Assembly: GCA_032128115.1 (NCBI GenBank)
Contig: JAQBHB010000090.1
Location: forward strand, 32,001 to 96,000
Length of the DNA stretch: 64,000 bases
From: Deltaproteobacteria bacterium
GTDB taxonomy: Bacteria > Myxococcota_A > UBA9160 > SMWR01
Reading direction: 5' to 3'
A program made the position numbers and the translations under genes. Shown here piece after piece: positions 40,778 to 50,009 of the stretch. The notes beneath the pieces were generated by a model. It was not told the DNA's origin. It saw nothing but the letters and a program-made list of their open reading frames with translations, and made no database searches. Each line of letters begins with the position of its first letter. Position 1 is the first letter of the stretch.

Positions 40778-41398
40778 GTGCCGTCCCTGGATCAGATCCG
40801 CCGGGGCCTGTCCCAACACCGGCCCGTCACGCTCGACCCGGAACAGACCCGGCGCGCCGCCGTGGCGATGCTTCTGCGCCCCGCCTCGCGTGTCGGCGGC
40901 GGAGCTCAGGAGCTGCTTTTCATCGAGCGGGCGCGCCGGGAGGGCGATCCCTGGTCGGGGCACATGGCCCTGCCCGGCGGCCGCGTCGACGCGGGAGACG
41001 AGACGTCGCGCCGCGCCGCCGAGCGCGAGACCCTGGAAGAGGTGGGGCTGACTCTGGACGGCGCGGAGCGCCTGGGCCGCCTGGACGACATGCAGGGCCA
41101 CCGGGTCTCGGGCGTTCCGGGCATGGTGGTTTCGGCCTTCGTGTATCACGTGGTCGAGCCGGGTCCCATCGTTACCAACCACGAGGTGCAGGACGCCTTC
41201 TGGTTTCCGGTGAAGGGGCTGCTCGAACCCGAGCGCCACGTGGACTATCCGCTGCTGCAGATCGGTGGCCAGAGGTTTCCCGGAATCCAGGTGGGCGACC
41301 CCGACCGCCAGGTGGTCTGGGGGCTCACGTATCGCTTCCTCGAGATCTTCTTCGAGATCGTGGGCCATCCGCTTCCCAATCGTTGGCGCGGACGCTAA
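40778..41398 (+). CDS. NUDIX hydrolase, CoA pyrophosphatase family
   Basis: RAAVA, WSGHMALPGG, Nudix box AAERETLEEVG, VWGLT. Confidence 0.92.
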   Translation: MPSLDQIRRGLSQHRPVTLDPEQTRRAAVAMLLRPASRVGGGAQELLFIERARREGDPWSGHMALPGGRVDAGDETSRRAAERETLEEVGLTLDGAERLGRLDDMQGHRVSGVPGMVVSAFVYHVVEPGPIVTNHEVQDAFWFPVKGLLEPERHVDYPLLQIGGQRFPGIQVGDPDRQVVWGLTYRFLEIFFEIVGHPLPNRWRGR

Positions 41399-41427
41399 CG
41401 GTCGGCGGGGACGCCAACGGCGCGGTC

Positions 41428-41964
41428 TCAGGCGGGCATCAGCGAAACATCGATCACCAGGCGATCCGCCTCCGCCTCGAGCGCCTCGCGCAGTTCCCGA
41501 TGGTCCAGGTTGTCGGGCACCTCGGCCGCGATCCGCAGCTCGTAGTCGGGCGAGCCGCCCGGGCCCGGCCGGCTGCGGGTAGAGAGATCGGCGATGTTCA
41601 CGCCGTGCGCGGCGAGCACGCCGCACAGGGAGGTCACGATCCCCGCGCGGTCTTCGCCGACGGCCTCGATCCGGAACAGCCGGGTTCCCGGCGCGGGAAC
41701 CGGCGGGCGCGGCTCGCCCTCCAGACCCCGCAACAGGATCGTGAGCCCGTAGTCGCGCTCCAGGCGCTTGGCTCCCACCGCGATCTGGGTGTCCACCTGG
41801 GGTTTCGCCGATGAGCACAGCAGGATCACGGCGAAGTCACTCCCGAGGATGCTCATTCGCGAGTCCTCGAGATTGGCGTCCGCGTCGAAAATCAGCTGGG
41901 TCAGCTCGGCCACGAGGCCGGGACGGTCGCGGCCGATGGCCGAGAGGATGAACCAGCGTTTCAT
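41428..41964 (-). CDS. Tandem ACT-domain protein (GcvR-like)
   Basis: SAIGRDRPGLVA, NLEDSRMS.LG..F, GEDRAGIV, VNI.DL. Confidence 0.88.
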   Translation of the reverse strand: MKRWFILSAIGRDRPGLVAELTQLIFDADANLEDSRMSILGSDFAVILLCSSAKPQVDTQIAVGAKRLERDYGLTILLRGLEGEPRPPVPAPGTRLFRIEAVGEDRAGIVTSLCGVLAAHGVNIADLSTRSRPGPGGSPDYELRIAAEVPDNLDHRELREALEAEADRLVIDVSLMPA

Positions 41965-41978
41965 GGCCCCATTCTACG

Positions 41979-42185
41979 TCAATTCGGGGGGGCTTCGTCG
42001 CTGGCTTCGAATCCGACGCAGGTCACGACCGGCAGGGGGGGGTACCGCAGGAAGGAGGGATCTCCCTCCGCCCGTCGGCAGCGCCAGAAGACACTGTCCC
42101 GGGCGCTGCGTTGGGCCGTGGCGTGGCGGCATCCACCACACAGTCCCGCTGCGTTTCCGGCCGGTGTTTGGCGCTCCGCCGCCAT
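41979..42185 (-). CDS. Small four-cysteine protein (68 aa)
   Basis: GLCGGCRH...S.R.SVFWRC...DP.F.RYPPLPV.TC.GF; TAGACT -10-like hexamer 7 nt upstream of the ATG. Confidence 0.75.
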   Translation of the reverse strand: MAAERQTPAGNAAGLCGGCRHATAQRSARDSVFWRCRRAEGDPSFLRYPPLPVVTCVGFEASDEAPPN

Positions 42186-42192
42186 CAGTGTC

Positions 42193-42202
42193 AGTCTAGT
42201 AT
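42193..42202. promoter_or_regulatory. Overlapping divergent -10 elements (bidirectional promoter)
   Basis: TAGACT on the minus strand (42193-42198) and TAGTAT on the plus strand (42197-42202), between ATGs 25 bp apart. Confidence 0.6.
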
Positions 42203-42210
42203 CGGGACCC

Positions 42211-43113
42211 ATGGGACGCCTCGGAAGCTTCTTCTCGCGACTCGAGCGGGTGCTCGAGCTCGGCGAGCAGATCCTCGAAGAGCTCGCCGGGAGGGGCGCC
42301 GACGAGGCGCTGTTCCCGCGACACCTGGCCTTCCGCTGGGACGTGAGCCGAGGGCCCGGTCGCCTGGTCCCCATCGAGGATCCCCACCGCTTCGATCTGG
42401 AGGATCTCGTGGGCGTGGACGCGGCGGTAGGCCGCCTGTTGGCGAACGTGGAGCAGTTCGTCGCTGGTTATCCATCGAACCACGTGCTCCTGTTTGGAGA
42501 GCGCGGCACCGGGAAATCATCGGCGGTCAAGGGCCTGCTGGGTCGCTTCGGCGCCCGCGGGCTTCGCCTGGTCGAGGTGCACAAGGCCGATCTGATGCAC
42601 CTGCCGCGTGTGTTGTCGGCGCTGCGCGGTGCGCCCTTCCGGTTCATCCTGTTCTGCGACGATCTGTCGTTCGACGCCGCCGAGTCCCAGTATCGCGAGC
42701 TCAAGGCGGCCCTGGAGGGAAGCCTGGTGGCCCCACCAGAGAACGTCCGGATCGTGGCCACCAGCAATCGGCGCCACCTGCTGCCCGAAAGCATTGCCGA
42801 CAACCGTGCCGCTCGCCTGGACGACTCGGGTGACCTCCACATGGGCGAGGCGGTGGACGAGAAACTTGCACTCTCCGATCGATTCGGACTGGTGCTGGGC
42901 TTCTACGGCTTCGATCAGGATACCTATCTGGCCATCGTGAGCCGGTATTCGGACAAGGCCGGTGTCCAGACACCGTGGCCCCGGGTGCGCGACGAGGCGC
43001 TGCGTTGGGCCCTGCACCGCTCGAGCCGTTCGGGTCGCACGGCGAAGCAGTTCGTCGACGACCTGGCGGGTCGCGAGGCAATCGGCGACGTCCGCGAGGC
43101 AGTGGAGGGCTAG
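42211..43113 (+). CDS. DUF815 family AAA+ ATPase
   Basis: NHVLLFGERGTGKSS, FILFCDDLSF, LKAALEG, ATSNRRHL, EKLALSDRFG, RSGRTA.QF. Confidence 0.93.
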   Translation: MGRLGSFFSRLERVLELGEQILEELAGRGADEALFPRHLAFRWDVSRGPGRLVPIEDPHRFDLEDLVGVDAAVGRLLANVEQFVAGYPSNHVLLFGERGTGKSSAVKGLLGRFGARGLRLVEVHKADLMHLPRVLSALRGAPFRFILFCDDLSFDAAESQYRELKAALEGSLVAPPENVRIVATSNRRHLLPESIADNRAARLDDSGDLHMGEAVDEKLALSDRFGLVLGFYGFDQDTYLAIVSRYSDKAGVQTPWPRVRDEALRWALHRSSRSGRTAKQFVDDLAGREAIGDVREAVEG

Positions 43114-43145
43114 CTCGACGTGCGGACCCCCGCCGGAAGCCGCTG

Positions 43146-44615
43146 ATGGCGGGCGGGCTCGTGGCCACTGGACACGTGCGTGTGTCGGACGCCGCTGCTC
43201 GCATGCTTCGCGAGGGTGGCAACGCCTATGACGCCGCCGTGGCGGCTGGCTTCGCGGCGGCCGTGGCCGAGCCCATGTACACGAGCCTCGGGGGCGGGGG
43301 GTTCCTGCTGGCCCGGACGGCGGCAGGCCGCGAGGTGGTCTTCGACTTCTTCGCCGATTCACCCGGGCGCGGCCTGGATGAGCAGATGCTCGAGCCTCAT
43401 TTCGTGCCCATGACCGTTCACTTCCCCGCGTCCGATCAGGTCTTCAACATCGGACTCGGCTCGGTGGCCGTCCCCGGCACCCTGCGCGGGCTGCTTCACG
43501 TGCACGCTGAGCTGGGGCGGATGCCCCTGGGACGCGTGGTTGCGCCCGCCACCGCGATGGCCCGGGACGGCGTCGTGCTGACCGCCCACCAGGCCTACGT
43601 AATTCGCCTGCTGGATCCCATCAACACGCTCTGCCAGGCGGGGCGCAGCCTGTATGCGCCCGGTGGGCGAACGCTTGGGGAGGGCGAAATCCTCTACAAC
43701 CCGGATCTCGCCGACTTCCTGGGGTCGCTTCCCGACTCGGCTCGCGACTTCTACGAGGGGCCGGTTTCCCAGGCAATCGCCCGCGACATGCTCGAGGGCC
43801 GTGGCCTGCTCACCGGGGCCGACCTGCGCGGGTACCGGGTGATCGAGCGGGATCCGCTGGTGGTCGACTACCGCGGCCACCGGCTGCTCACGAACCCGCC
43901 ACCCTCCGCCGGCGGCTCGCTGGTAGCCATGGCGCTGTCGCTCTGGGATGCCGGCCGCGCGCCGGACCGTGCCTGGGGAAGCCCCGCCCACCTGTGCCAG
44001 CTGGTGGCTGTGATGGAGCAGGTGGACCGGTCGCGAGAGGACGCGGCCGCTGCCTTCCGCAACCGCCGTGCCAGTGGCGGAACCACCCACGTAAGCGTCA
44101 GCGACGAGGAAGGAAACGCGGCCAGCATGACCGTATCCAACGGCGAGGGTTCGGGTTACGTGGCACCGGGCACCGGCATCATGCTGAACAACATGCTCGG
44201 CGAGGACGACCTGCACCCGGAGGGGTTCCACGCGAGCCCGCCAGGGGGACGGGTGGCGTCGATGATGTCGCCGTCCGTGGTGCTACGCGATGGGAAGCTG
44301 CGTCTGATCTTGGGAAGCGGCGGCAGCAAGCGTATCCGCACGGCTCTCCTTCAGGTGGTGACCGCCGCGCTGGATTTCGAGATGGGTGTCCGGGATGCAG
44401 TGGAGGCCTCGCGGCTGCATTGGGACGGCGAGTGCGTCCAGGTGGAGCCGGGATTTCCACCCGCGAGCCTCGAGGTTCTGGGCGATGGCTGGCCGGTAAA
44501 CGCCTGGGAGGAGCGCAACCTCTACTTCGGAGGCGTGCACGCGGTCGACCCGGCGAACGGCGCGGCCGCAGGCGACCCCCGGCGCGACGGCTCCGGCCTG
44601 GTGGTCAGCCGATGA
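43146..44615 (+). CDS. Gamma-glutamyltransferase family protein
   Basis: GGNAYDAAVAA, SLGGGGF, VAVPG, TTHVSV (Thr nucleophile), LNNMLG, SMMSP, GSGGS, GDPRR. Confidence 0.93.
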   Translation: MAGGLVATGHVRVSDAAARMLREGGNAYDAAVAAGFAAAVAEPMYTSLGGGGFLLARTAAGREVVFDFFADSPGRGLDEQMLEPHFVPMTVHFPASDQVFNIGLGSVAVPGTLRGLLHVHAELGRMPLGRVVAPATAMARDGVVLTAHQAYVIRLLDPINTLCQAGRSLYAPGGRTLGEGEILYNPDLADFLGSLPDSARDFYEGPVSQAIARDMLEGRGLLTGADLRGYRVIERDPLVVDYRGHRLLTNPPPSAGGSLVAMALSLWDAGRAPDRAWGSPAHLCQLVAVMEQVDRSREDAAAAFRNRRASGGTTHVSVSDEEGNAASMTVSNGEGSGYVAPGTGIMLNNMLGEDDLHPEGFHASPPGGRVASMMSPSVVLRDGKLRLILGSGGSKRIRTALLQVVTAALDFEMGVRDAVEASRLHWDGECVQVEPGFPPASLEVLGDGWPVNAWEERNLYFGGVHAVDPANGAAAGDPRRDGSGLVVSR

Positions 44616-45792
44616 CGCCCATCTTGCGGCCGACCTTGGCGATGGCCGTGAGTGCCATGTCCAGGTGCTCGCGCGTGTGGGTGGCCATGTACGACGTGCG
44701 GATCATGGCGTTTCCCGGCGGAACCGCCGGTGTCACCACCGGATTCACGAATACGCCCTCTTCCTGGAGCAGCGTGGTCATCCGGTAGGCGTCCATGTCC
44801 TCGCCGATCGCCATGGGAATCACCGGAGATTCCGAGTGTCCGGTGTCGAAGCCGAGCCCGTCGAGCTCGCGCTTCATGTATTTGGTGTTCTCCCACAGTC
44901 GCTTGCGGCGCTCCGGCTCCCGCTCGACCAGTTCCACGGCCTTCAGGGCTGCCGCCACCGACGAGGGCGGCGGGGCGGCCGAGAAGATCCCGGACCGGGC
45001 GTTGTGCTTGATGTGCTCGATCACCAGCGGCTCGCCAGCGATGAAGCCGCCCACAGACGCCAGCGACTTGGAGAACGTGCCCATCACCAGATCCACGTGC
45101 TCCTCCACGCCAAAGTGCTCGGGCGTGCCGCGCCCGTTCTCACCGAAGACGCCGATACCGTGGGCATCGTCCACCATGAGGCGCGTGCCATAGCGCTGCT
45201 TCAGCTCCACCAGCTTCGGCAGCGGGGCCAGGTCGCCCTCCATGGAGAAGACGCCGTCCACCACGATGATCTTGCCCTTTTCCGGGTCGGCGACCTGGAG
45301 CTTCTTCTCCAGGTGCTCCATGTCGTTGTGGTGGTACTTGTGGTGTCGACCGAAGCTCAGCCGGCAGCCGTCGATGATGCAGGCGTGGTCGAGGCTGTCC
45401 AGGAAGGCGATGTCCTGGCGATCGAGCAGGCACGACAGGACGCCCAGGTTGACCTGGAAGCCCGTCGAGAACATGAGCACGGCCTCGCGCTTCATGAACT
45501 GGGCGAGCTTGTGCTCGAGCTGGACGTGGATGTCGAGGGTCCCGTTGAGCAGGCGCGAGCCGGCGCAGCCGGTGCCGTAGAGGGCCAGCGCCCGGCCCGC
45601 CGCCTCCTTGACCTCGGGATGGTTGGTGAGGCCCAGGTAGTTGTTCGAGCCCAGCATCACCAGATCGCGGCCCTCGTGGCGAACCGTGGGGTCCTGGGCC
45701 GACGAAAGCGTCCGATAGTAGGGGTAGACGCCAGCCGCACGCATCTCGATCGTGCGGCTCGCTGAATCCCTGCATTTCTTGAAGATGTCCAC
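44605..45792 (-). CDS. Alpha-oxoamine synthase, serine palmitoyltransferase-like
   Basis: GVYPYYR, GSNNYLGL, GTGCAGSRLLNGT, HACIIDG, DGVFSMEGD, DDAH, GTFSKSLAS (PLP Lys). Confidence 0.9.
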   Translation of the reverse strand: MDIFKKCRDSASRTIEMRAAGVYPYYRTLSSAQDPTVRHEGRDLVMLGSNNYLGLTNHPEVKEAAGRALALYGTGCAGSRLLNGTLDIHVQLEHKLAQFMKREAVLMFSTGFQVNLGVLSCLLDRQDIAFLDSLDHACIIDGCRLSFGRHHKYHHNDMEHLEKKLQVADPEKGKIIVVDGVFSMEGDLAPLPKLVELKQRYGTRLMVDDAHGIGVFGENGRGTPEHFGVEEHVDLVMGTFSKSLASVGGFIAGEPLVIEHIKHNARSGIFSAAPPPSSVAAALKAVELVEREPERRKRLWENTKYMKRELDGLGFDTGHSESPVIPMAIGEDMDAYRMTTLLQEEGVFVNPVVTPAVPPGNAMIRTSYMATHTREHLDMALTAIAKVGRKMGVIG

Positions 45793-46049
45793 AGCTCACT
45801 CCTCCATCGAGCAGGGCAGCTCTCGCTGTCGTCCTATTCCGGTGGGGGTCGGTCGTGGGCTGCCGTTCGGGGACATCGAGGCGGTTTGGGGTCCGCCGGT
45901 ACTATCAGGCGCGTCAGGGTACCCCAGGCCGCCCGCACCCGTCACGGGTTCGAGTGAGGCCAAAACCGCTCGGTGGCTAGCCTCCGCCTGTCGGTCTAGA
46001 CTCCGGCCTTCGATTCCCACCCTCCCCGTTCGTCCATTCGGGAGAAATC

Positions 46050-46847
46050 ATGAGCCGAACGCTTGGCAGAGGGCCGGGCACGCTCCTTTTCGCCCTCGGC
46101 TTTACCGGCATGGCCCTTTTTCACCCCATACCGGAAGCCGGAGCCGAGGAGGCCCGAGAGAGGGATCGACCCGGACAGACCCTCGGGGCCGGGGACTACG
46201 ATCCGCTCTTCGACGACGCCCCGGGACTTTCGGATGATTACGCCGCCCGCGACCCGTTCGAAGGGGTGAACCGGTTCACCCTGGGCCTGAACGAGCGCAT
46301 CGACTGGCTGATCTTCGACCCGGTAACGCGGGTCTACCGTCTGGCGGTGCCCGAGCCCGCGCGCGACGGCATCCATCGGGTCTTCATCAATCTCAACTCG
46401 CCCGCGATCATCGTGAACAAGTTGCTGCAGTTCCGCTTCCAGGAGGCAGGAGTGGCCCTGGGGCGTTTTACCGTGAACACCACGGCGGGGTTCGGCGGCC
46501 TGTTCGACGCCGCCAAGGAGGCGGGTTGGGAACACAGCTACGCCGACTTTGGGCAGACCCTGGCCCTGTGGGGAACCCCGAGTGGTCCCTACCTGGTGAT
46601 TCCCCTGTTCGGGCCCTCCACCTTGCGCGACGGGTTCGGCGACGTGGTGGACCAGTTCATGAATCCGGTCACCTACTTCATCGGGCCGACGCCCCAGCTG
46701 TTCGCGGGTGCGGGCTACGGGTTCTCGCGGCGCGAGGCCGTCATCGACACGGTTCACGCGCTGCGGGATTCGTCGATCGACTACTACTCGGTGCTTCGGA
46801 GCGCGTACCTGCAGGATCGGGACGCCCAGCTCGAGTTCGACCGCTAA
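46050..46847 (+). CDS. mlaA: MlaA/VacJ family outer-membrane lipid asymmetry protein
   Basis: DPFEGVNR, RFTVNTTAGFGGLFD, DFGQTL..WG..GPYLVIPLFGPSTLRD, DYY..R.AY.Q.R. Confidence 0.92.
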   Translation: MSRTLGRGPGTLLFALGFTGMALFHPIPEAGAEEARERDRPGQTLGAGDYDPLFDDAPGLSDDYAARDPFEGVNRFTLGLNERIDWLIFDPVTRVYRLAVPEPARDGIHRVFINLNSPAIIVNKLLQFRFQEAGVALGRFTVNTTAGFGGLFDAAKEAGWEHSYADFGQTLALWGTPSGPYLVIPLFGPSTLRDGFGDVVDQFMNPVTYFIGPTPQLFAGAGYGFSRREAVIDTVHALRDSSIDYYSVLRSAYLQDRDAQLEFDR

Positions 46848-46894
46848 CGGAGCGAGTTCGACCGCTAACGGATCGAGTTCGACCGCTAACCGAT
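46832..46894. repeat. 21-bp tandem repeat x3 spanning the mlaA stop
   Basis: CGAGTTCGACCGCTAACGGAG / CGAGTTCGACCGCTAACGGAT / CGAGTTCGACCGCTAACCGAT. Confidence 0.95.
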
Positions 46895-47535
46895 CAAGAC
46901 GCTTCGGCTTCACCCGCCTTCAGCTTGGCGATCTTGTCGTCGAGTGCGGTCAGCAATCCGTCCATGCCATCGCGCTGGATCAGCCCGGCGTATTCGGAAC
47001 GGCGCAGGGCCAGCTCACTGACGGTGCCGTTGAAGTACACGTCGATGATCTTCCACTGGCCGTCCAGCAAGCGCAGTCTGTAGTTCAGCTGGACGGGCTC
47101 TTCGCTTGGGTCCACCAGCCGCGTGCGAACCAGGATCGTTTCGCGCAGGGCGGGCTCCTGGTCGACGGTCTCGAAGTGCTGGCCCGAGTAGCCGACGAAA
47201 CGGCTCGCATAGTTGGCGATGGTGTAGCGGCCGAAGGTATCGACGAGTTTGGCCTTCTCCGCCTCGGTCGCCTTCTTCCAGTGACGGCCCACCGACTTCT
47301 CTGCCATGAACGCCAGGTCGAAGCAATCCTGCAGCACCGGTTTCAACTGGTCGTAGCGACCGTCGTAGCCCAGCGAATCGGACTCCCTCATGACGGTGAT
47401 GAGCGTTTGGTGGAGACGGTCGATCACCAGCTCGGGGCCGCTCTCTTGCGTGGGTGCGGGCGACGCACCGAAGGCGAACACCAACGCAAGCAGGCCCAGA
47501 ATGTGCCTGCGTCGCCGCGGAAGGGTTCCGATCAC
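46894..47535 (-). CDS. MlaC/Ttg2D/HpnM family periplasmic lipid-binding protein
   Basis: Signal peptide; FDL..MA...VG..W, YA.RF..Y.G, WKIIDVY..G.VSELA.RRSEY. Confidence 0.9.
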   Translation of the reverse strand: MIGTLPRRRRHILGLLALVFAFGASPAPTQESGPELVIDRLHQTLITVMRESDSLGYDGRYDQLKPVLQDCFDLAFMAEKSVGRHWKKATEAEKAKLVDTFGRYTIANYASRFVGYSGQHFETVDQEPALRETILVRTRLVDPSEEPVQLNYRLRLLDGQWKIIDVYFNGTVSELALRRSEYAGLIQRDGMDGLLTALDDKIAKLKAGEAEAS

Positions 47536-47620
47536 GAGGGGCTCCGCGTGGTTTCGATCCGGGCGAGTCTACGGCAGCTGCCGGCCCTTGGACAGAAACG
47601 GAACGTGAAGTTCGCGCCGT

Positions 47621-48487
47621 TCATCCGTCCGCGAGGACGAAAGCGCTAACGGCCCCCGCGAAGCCCGCGGGGTTGTCCGTCATGACGGAGTGGCCGGCCT
47701 GCGGCACCACGGCCAGCTGGCCCTGGGCCAGAACCTCGTCCACCATCCGGTCGGCCGTGTCGGCGGAGAGGACGTCCGAGGCCGCCCCGCGCACCACCAG
47801 AGTGGGGCAGGCAATCTTCTCGAGTGCCTTCCACAGGGTCTCGCTCATGAGCTTGCCGCGTTGCTCTTCGGCTTCGGGGGATTCCGCCCGCCCCATGCCG
47901 CGCAACGCGGGATCCATCTTGAGCCCGAAGCGACCGTCGCCGCGCATGCGAACGCCGTGGCTGGCCATGCGCGCCAGGGCCGATGGCTGCGCCGCCGGGT
48001 ACAGGAGCGACAGGGTGCGGGCATAGGCCTCCACCGAGTCGAAGGTCGGCTCCTGGTTCGACGTCGCCTCCATGCGGATCCTCGTCACCCCCCGGGCATC
48101 CAGGTCTGGACCGATGTCCACCAGCACCAGGCCCGCCAACCGGGCGCCATTGCGATCCGCGAACAGGGTCGCAATGCGGCCACCCAGCGAGTGACCCACC
48201 AACACCAGGCGGTCGATGCCGAGGGCCTCGGTCACGGCCTCCACGTCGCGCACCATGTGTTCGTGCTCGTAGCGGCCCTCGCTGTCCCAGTCCGAGTCTC
48301 CGTGTCCGCGATGATCCAGGGCGATCGTTCGGTAGTAGGGGGCGACGGCAGGCGCGAAATCGTCCCAGACGTGGGCCTCGTTGCCGAAGCCGTGGAGCAG
48401 CAGGAGCGGCACGCCCTTCCGGCTCCACTCCAGCAGGTGGATGTTCAGGCCGTCGGCGCCCGGAAGCTTCCGCGATCGGGGTTCCAT
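47621..48487 (-). CDS. Alpha/beta fold hydrolase
   Basis: LLHGF, DHRGHGDS, GHSLGG, SD, AGHSVMTDNP. Confidence 0.92.
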   Translation of the reverse strand: MEPRSRKLPGADGLNIHLLEWSRKGVPLLLLHGFGNEAHVWDDFAPAVAPYYRTIALDHRGHGDSDWDSEGRYEHEHMVRDVEAVTEALGIDRLVLVGHSLGGRIATLFADRNGARLAGLVLVDIGPDLDARGVTRIRMEATSNQEPTFDSVEAYARTLSLLYPAAQPSALARMASHGVRMRGDGRFGLKMDPALRGMGRAESPEAEEQRGKLMSETLWKALEKIACPTLVVRGAASDVLSADTADRMVDEVLAQGQLAVVPQAGHSVMTDNPAGFAGAVSAFVLADG

Positions 48488-48567
48488 CGCCTTTCATGCT
48501 ACCCGAATCCCGCGCGGTCGAGGGAGATCGCAGGCGAGCGCAGTCCATTGAGCTAGTTTCGCGCCCC

Positions 48568-49965
48568 GTGCTCGCACCCCGGTCGGTTCTCGACGCGCTC
48601 GACGCTGGCTTCGACCAGACTCTCGTTGATCTCATGGACCTGGCGCGGATCCCCGGCGTATCCGCGGCCGGTTTCGATCCCCGCCAGCTCGAGATTTCGG
48701 CCGAGAAGGTCTCGGATCTGGTGACCGCCGCGGGCCTCGGGGGCGTTGAGATCCTGCGTCAGGGCGACGCCCATCCCTATGTGGTGGCTGAAGGCAAGGG
48801 GGCCCCAGAAGGCGCGCCCACGGCGCTCTACTACGCGCACCACGATGTACAGCCCCCCGGGCGGCTCGATCGCTGGGAGACTCCCGCCTTCGAGCCCACG
48901 GTTCGCGCGGACGGGCGTCTCTATGGTCGCGGTGTCGTGGATGACAAGGCGGGACTGCTGCTTCACCTGGCGGCGATGCGCGCCTGGATCGAAGTCACCG
49001 GAAGCTTGCCGCTGCACGTGAAACTCGTGGTGGAGGGCGAGGAGGAGATCGGCTCGGCCCACCTGGCAGATTTTCTCCGCGCCCAGCGGGAGCGCCTGGA
49101 TGCCGACGTGCTGGTGCTCTCCGACACCCAGAATCTGGACACGGGCCTGCCGTCCCTCACGGCGAGCCTGCGCGGCCTGGTGGCGGTGGACGTCACGGTT
49201 CGCGCCCTGGACCACCCGCTACACAGCGGCATGTGGGGCGGGCCCGTGCCCGATGCGGCCACGGCGCTGGCATCGCTGCTGGCGCGACTCGTGGACGAGA
49301 CCGGCGAGATCGCCGTGCCCGGAGTTCTCGACGACGTTCCGGAGCTCGAGCCCGAGGAGCGGGCGCGAATCGCAGCGCTCCCCTTCGACGACGCGAAATT
49401 TCGGGCTGATGCCGGGGTGTTGGACGGCGCCCGGCTTTCCGGCAACGGGGCCGGCGACATCTACGAGCGCCTCTGGTACCGGCCGGCCCTGGCGCTCACG
49501 GCCCTGGAGGGCATGCCACTCGCAAGCGCTGGCAACCAGTTGATGGCCGAGGCGCGCGCGCGGGTCGGCGTGCGCCTGGCGCCCGGCCAGGATGCGGAGC
49601 GCGTGCGGGACTGTCTGGAGACATTTCTGCGCAGGGATCCACCCCGGGGCGTGGTGGTGGAGACCGAGGCTGAGGTGGCGGTGTCCGGTTGGCGCACCAT
49701 CCCCGAGGGTCCCGCTTTCGAGGCCGCCCACCGCGCGCTCACGGCCGGCTTCGGGCGCGAGTCGGTGGTGATCGGCTGCGGGGGGTCGATCCCCTTCGTG
49801 GGCCCGTTCGCAAAGGTGTTGGGCGGCGTGCCGGCCTTGCTCCTGGGGCTGGAAGATCCGCCCTGTAACGCCCACGGCGAGAATGAAAGCCTCGACCTGG
49901 ACGATTTCCGCAAGGCCGCGCACGCGTCCGCCCACCTTCTCGCGGAACTCGCAAGCTTGCGATGA
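48568..49965 (+). CDS. M20 family metallo-dipeptidase
   Basis: YAHHDVQP, YGRGVVDDK, EGEEE, DHPLHSG, GGSIPF, NAHGENE; start inferred (GTG 48568). Confidence 0.92.
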   Translation: MLAPRSVLDALDAGFDQTLVDLMDLARIPGVSAAGFDPRQLEISAEKVSDLVTAAGLGGVEILRQGDAHPYVVAEGKGAPEGAPTALYYAHHDVQPPGRLDRWETPAFEPTVRADGRLYGRGVVDDKAGLLLHLAAMRAWIEVTGSLPLHVKLVVEGEEEIGSAHLADFLRAQRERLDADVLVLSDTQNLDTGLPSLTASLRGLVAVDVTVRALDHPLHSGMWGGPVPDAATALASLLARLVDETGEIAVPGVLDDVPELEPEERARIAALPFDDAKFRADAGVLDGARLSGNGAGDIYERLWYRPALALTALEGMPLASAGNQLMAEARARVGVRLAPGQDAERVRDCLETFLRRDPPRGVVVETEAEVAVSGWRTIPEGPAFEAAHRALTAGFGRESVVIGCGGSIPFVGPFAKVLGGVPALLLGLEDPPCNAHGENESLDLDDFRKAAHASAHLLAELASLR

Positions 49966-50009
49966 GCCGCGGCGAGGCAAGGCCGGGTGTGGTCCAGTAA
50001 AATGGCTCC

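Noticed and set aside
38738..41818. 1026-aa minus-strand ORF
   Set aside because: Low-complexity Arg/Pro/Gly/Ala shadow frame overlapping four better-supported genes.
46832..46894. Possible mini-CRISPR
   Set aside because: The repeats are contiguous with no unique spacers, and there are no cas genes in the window.
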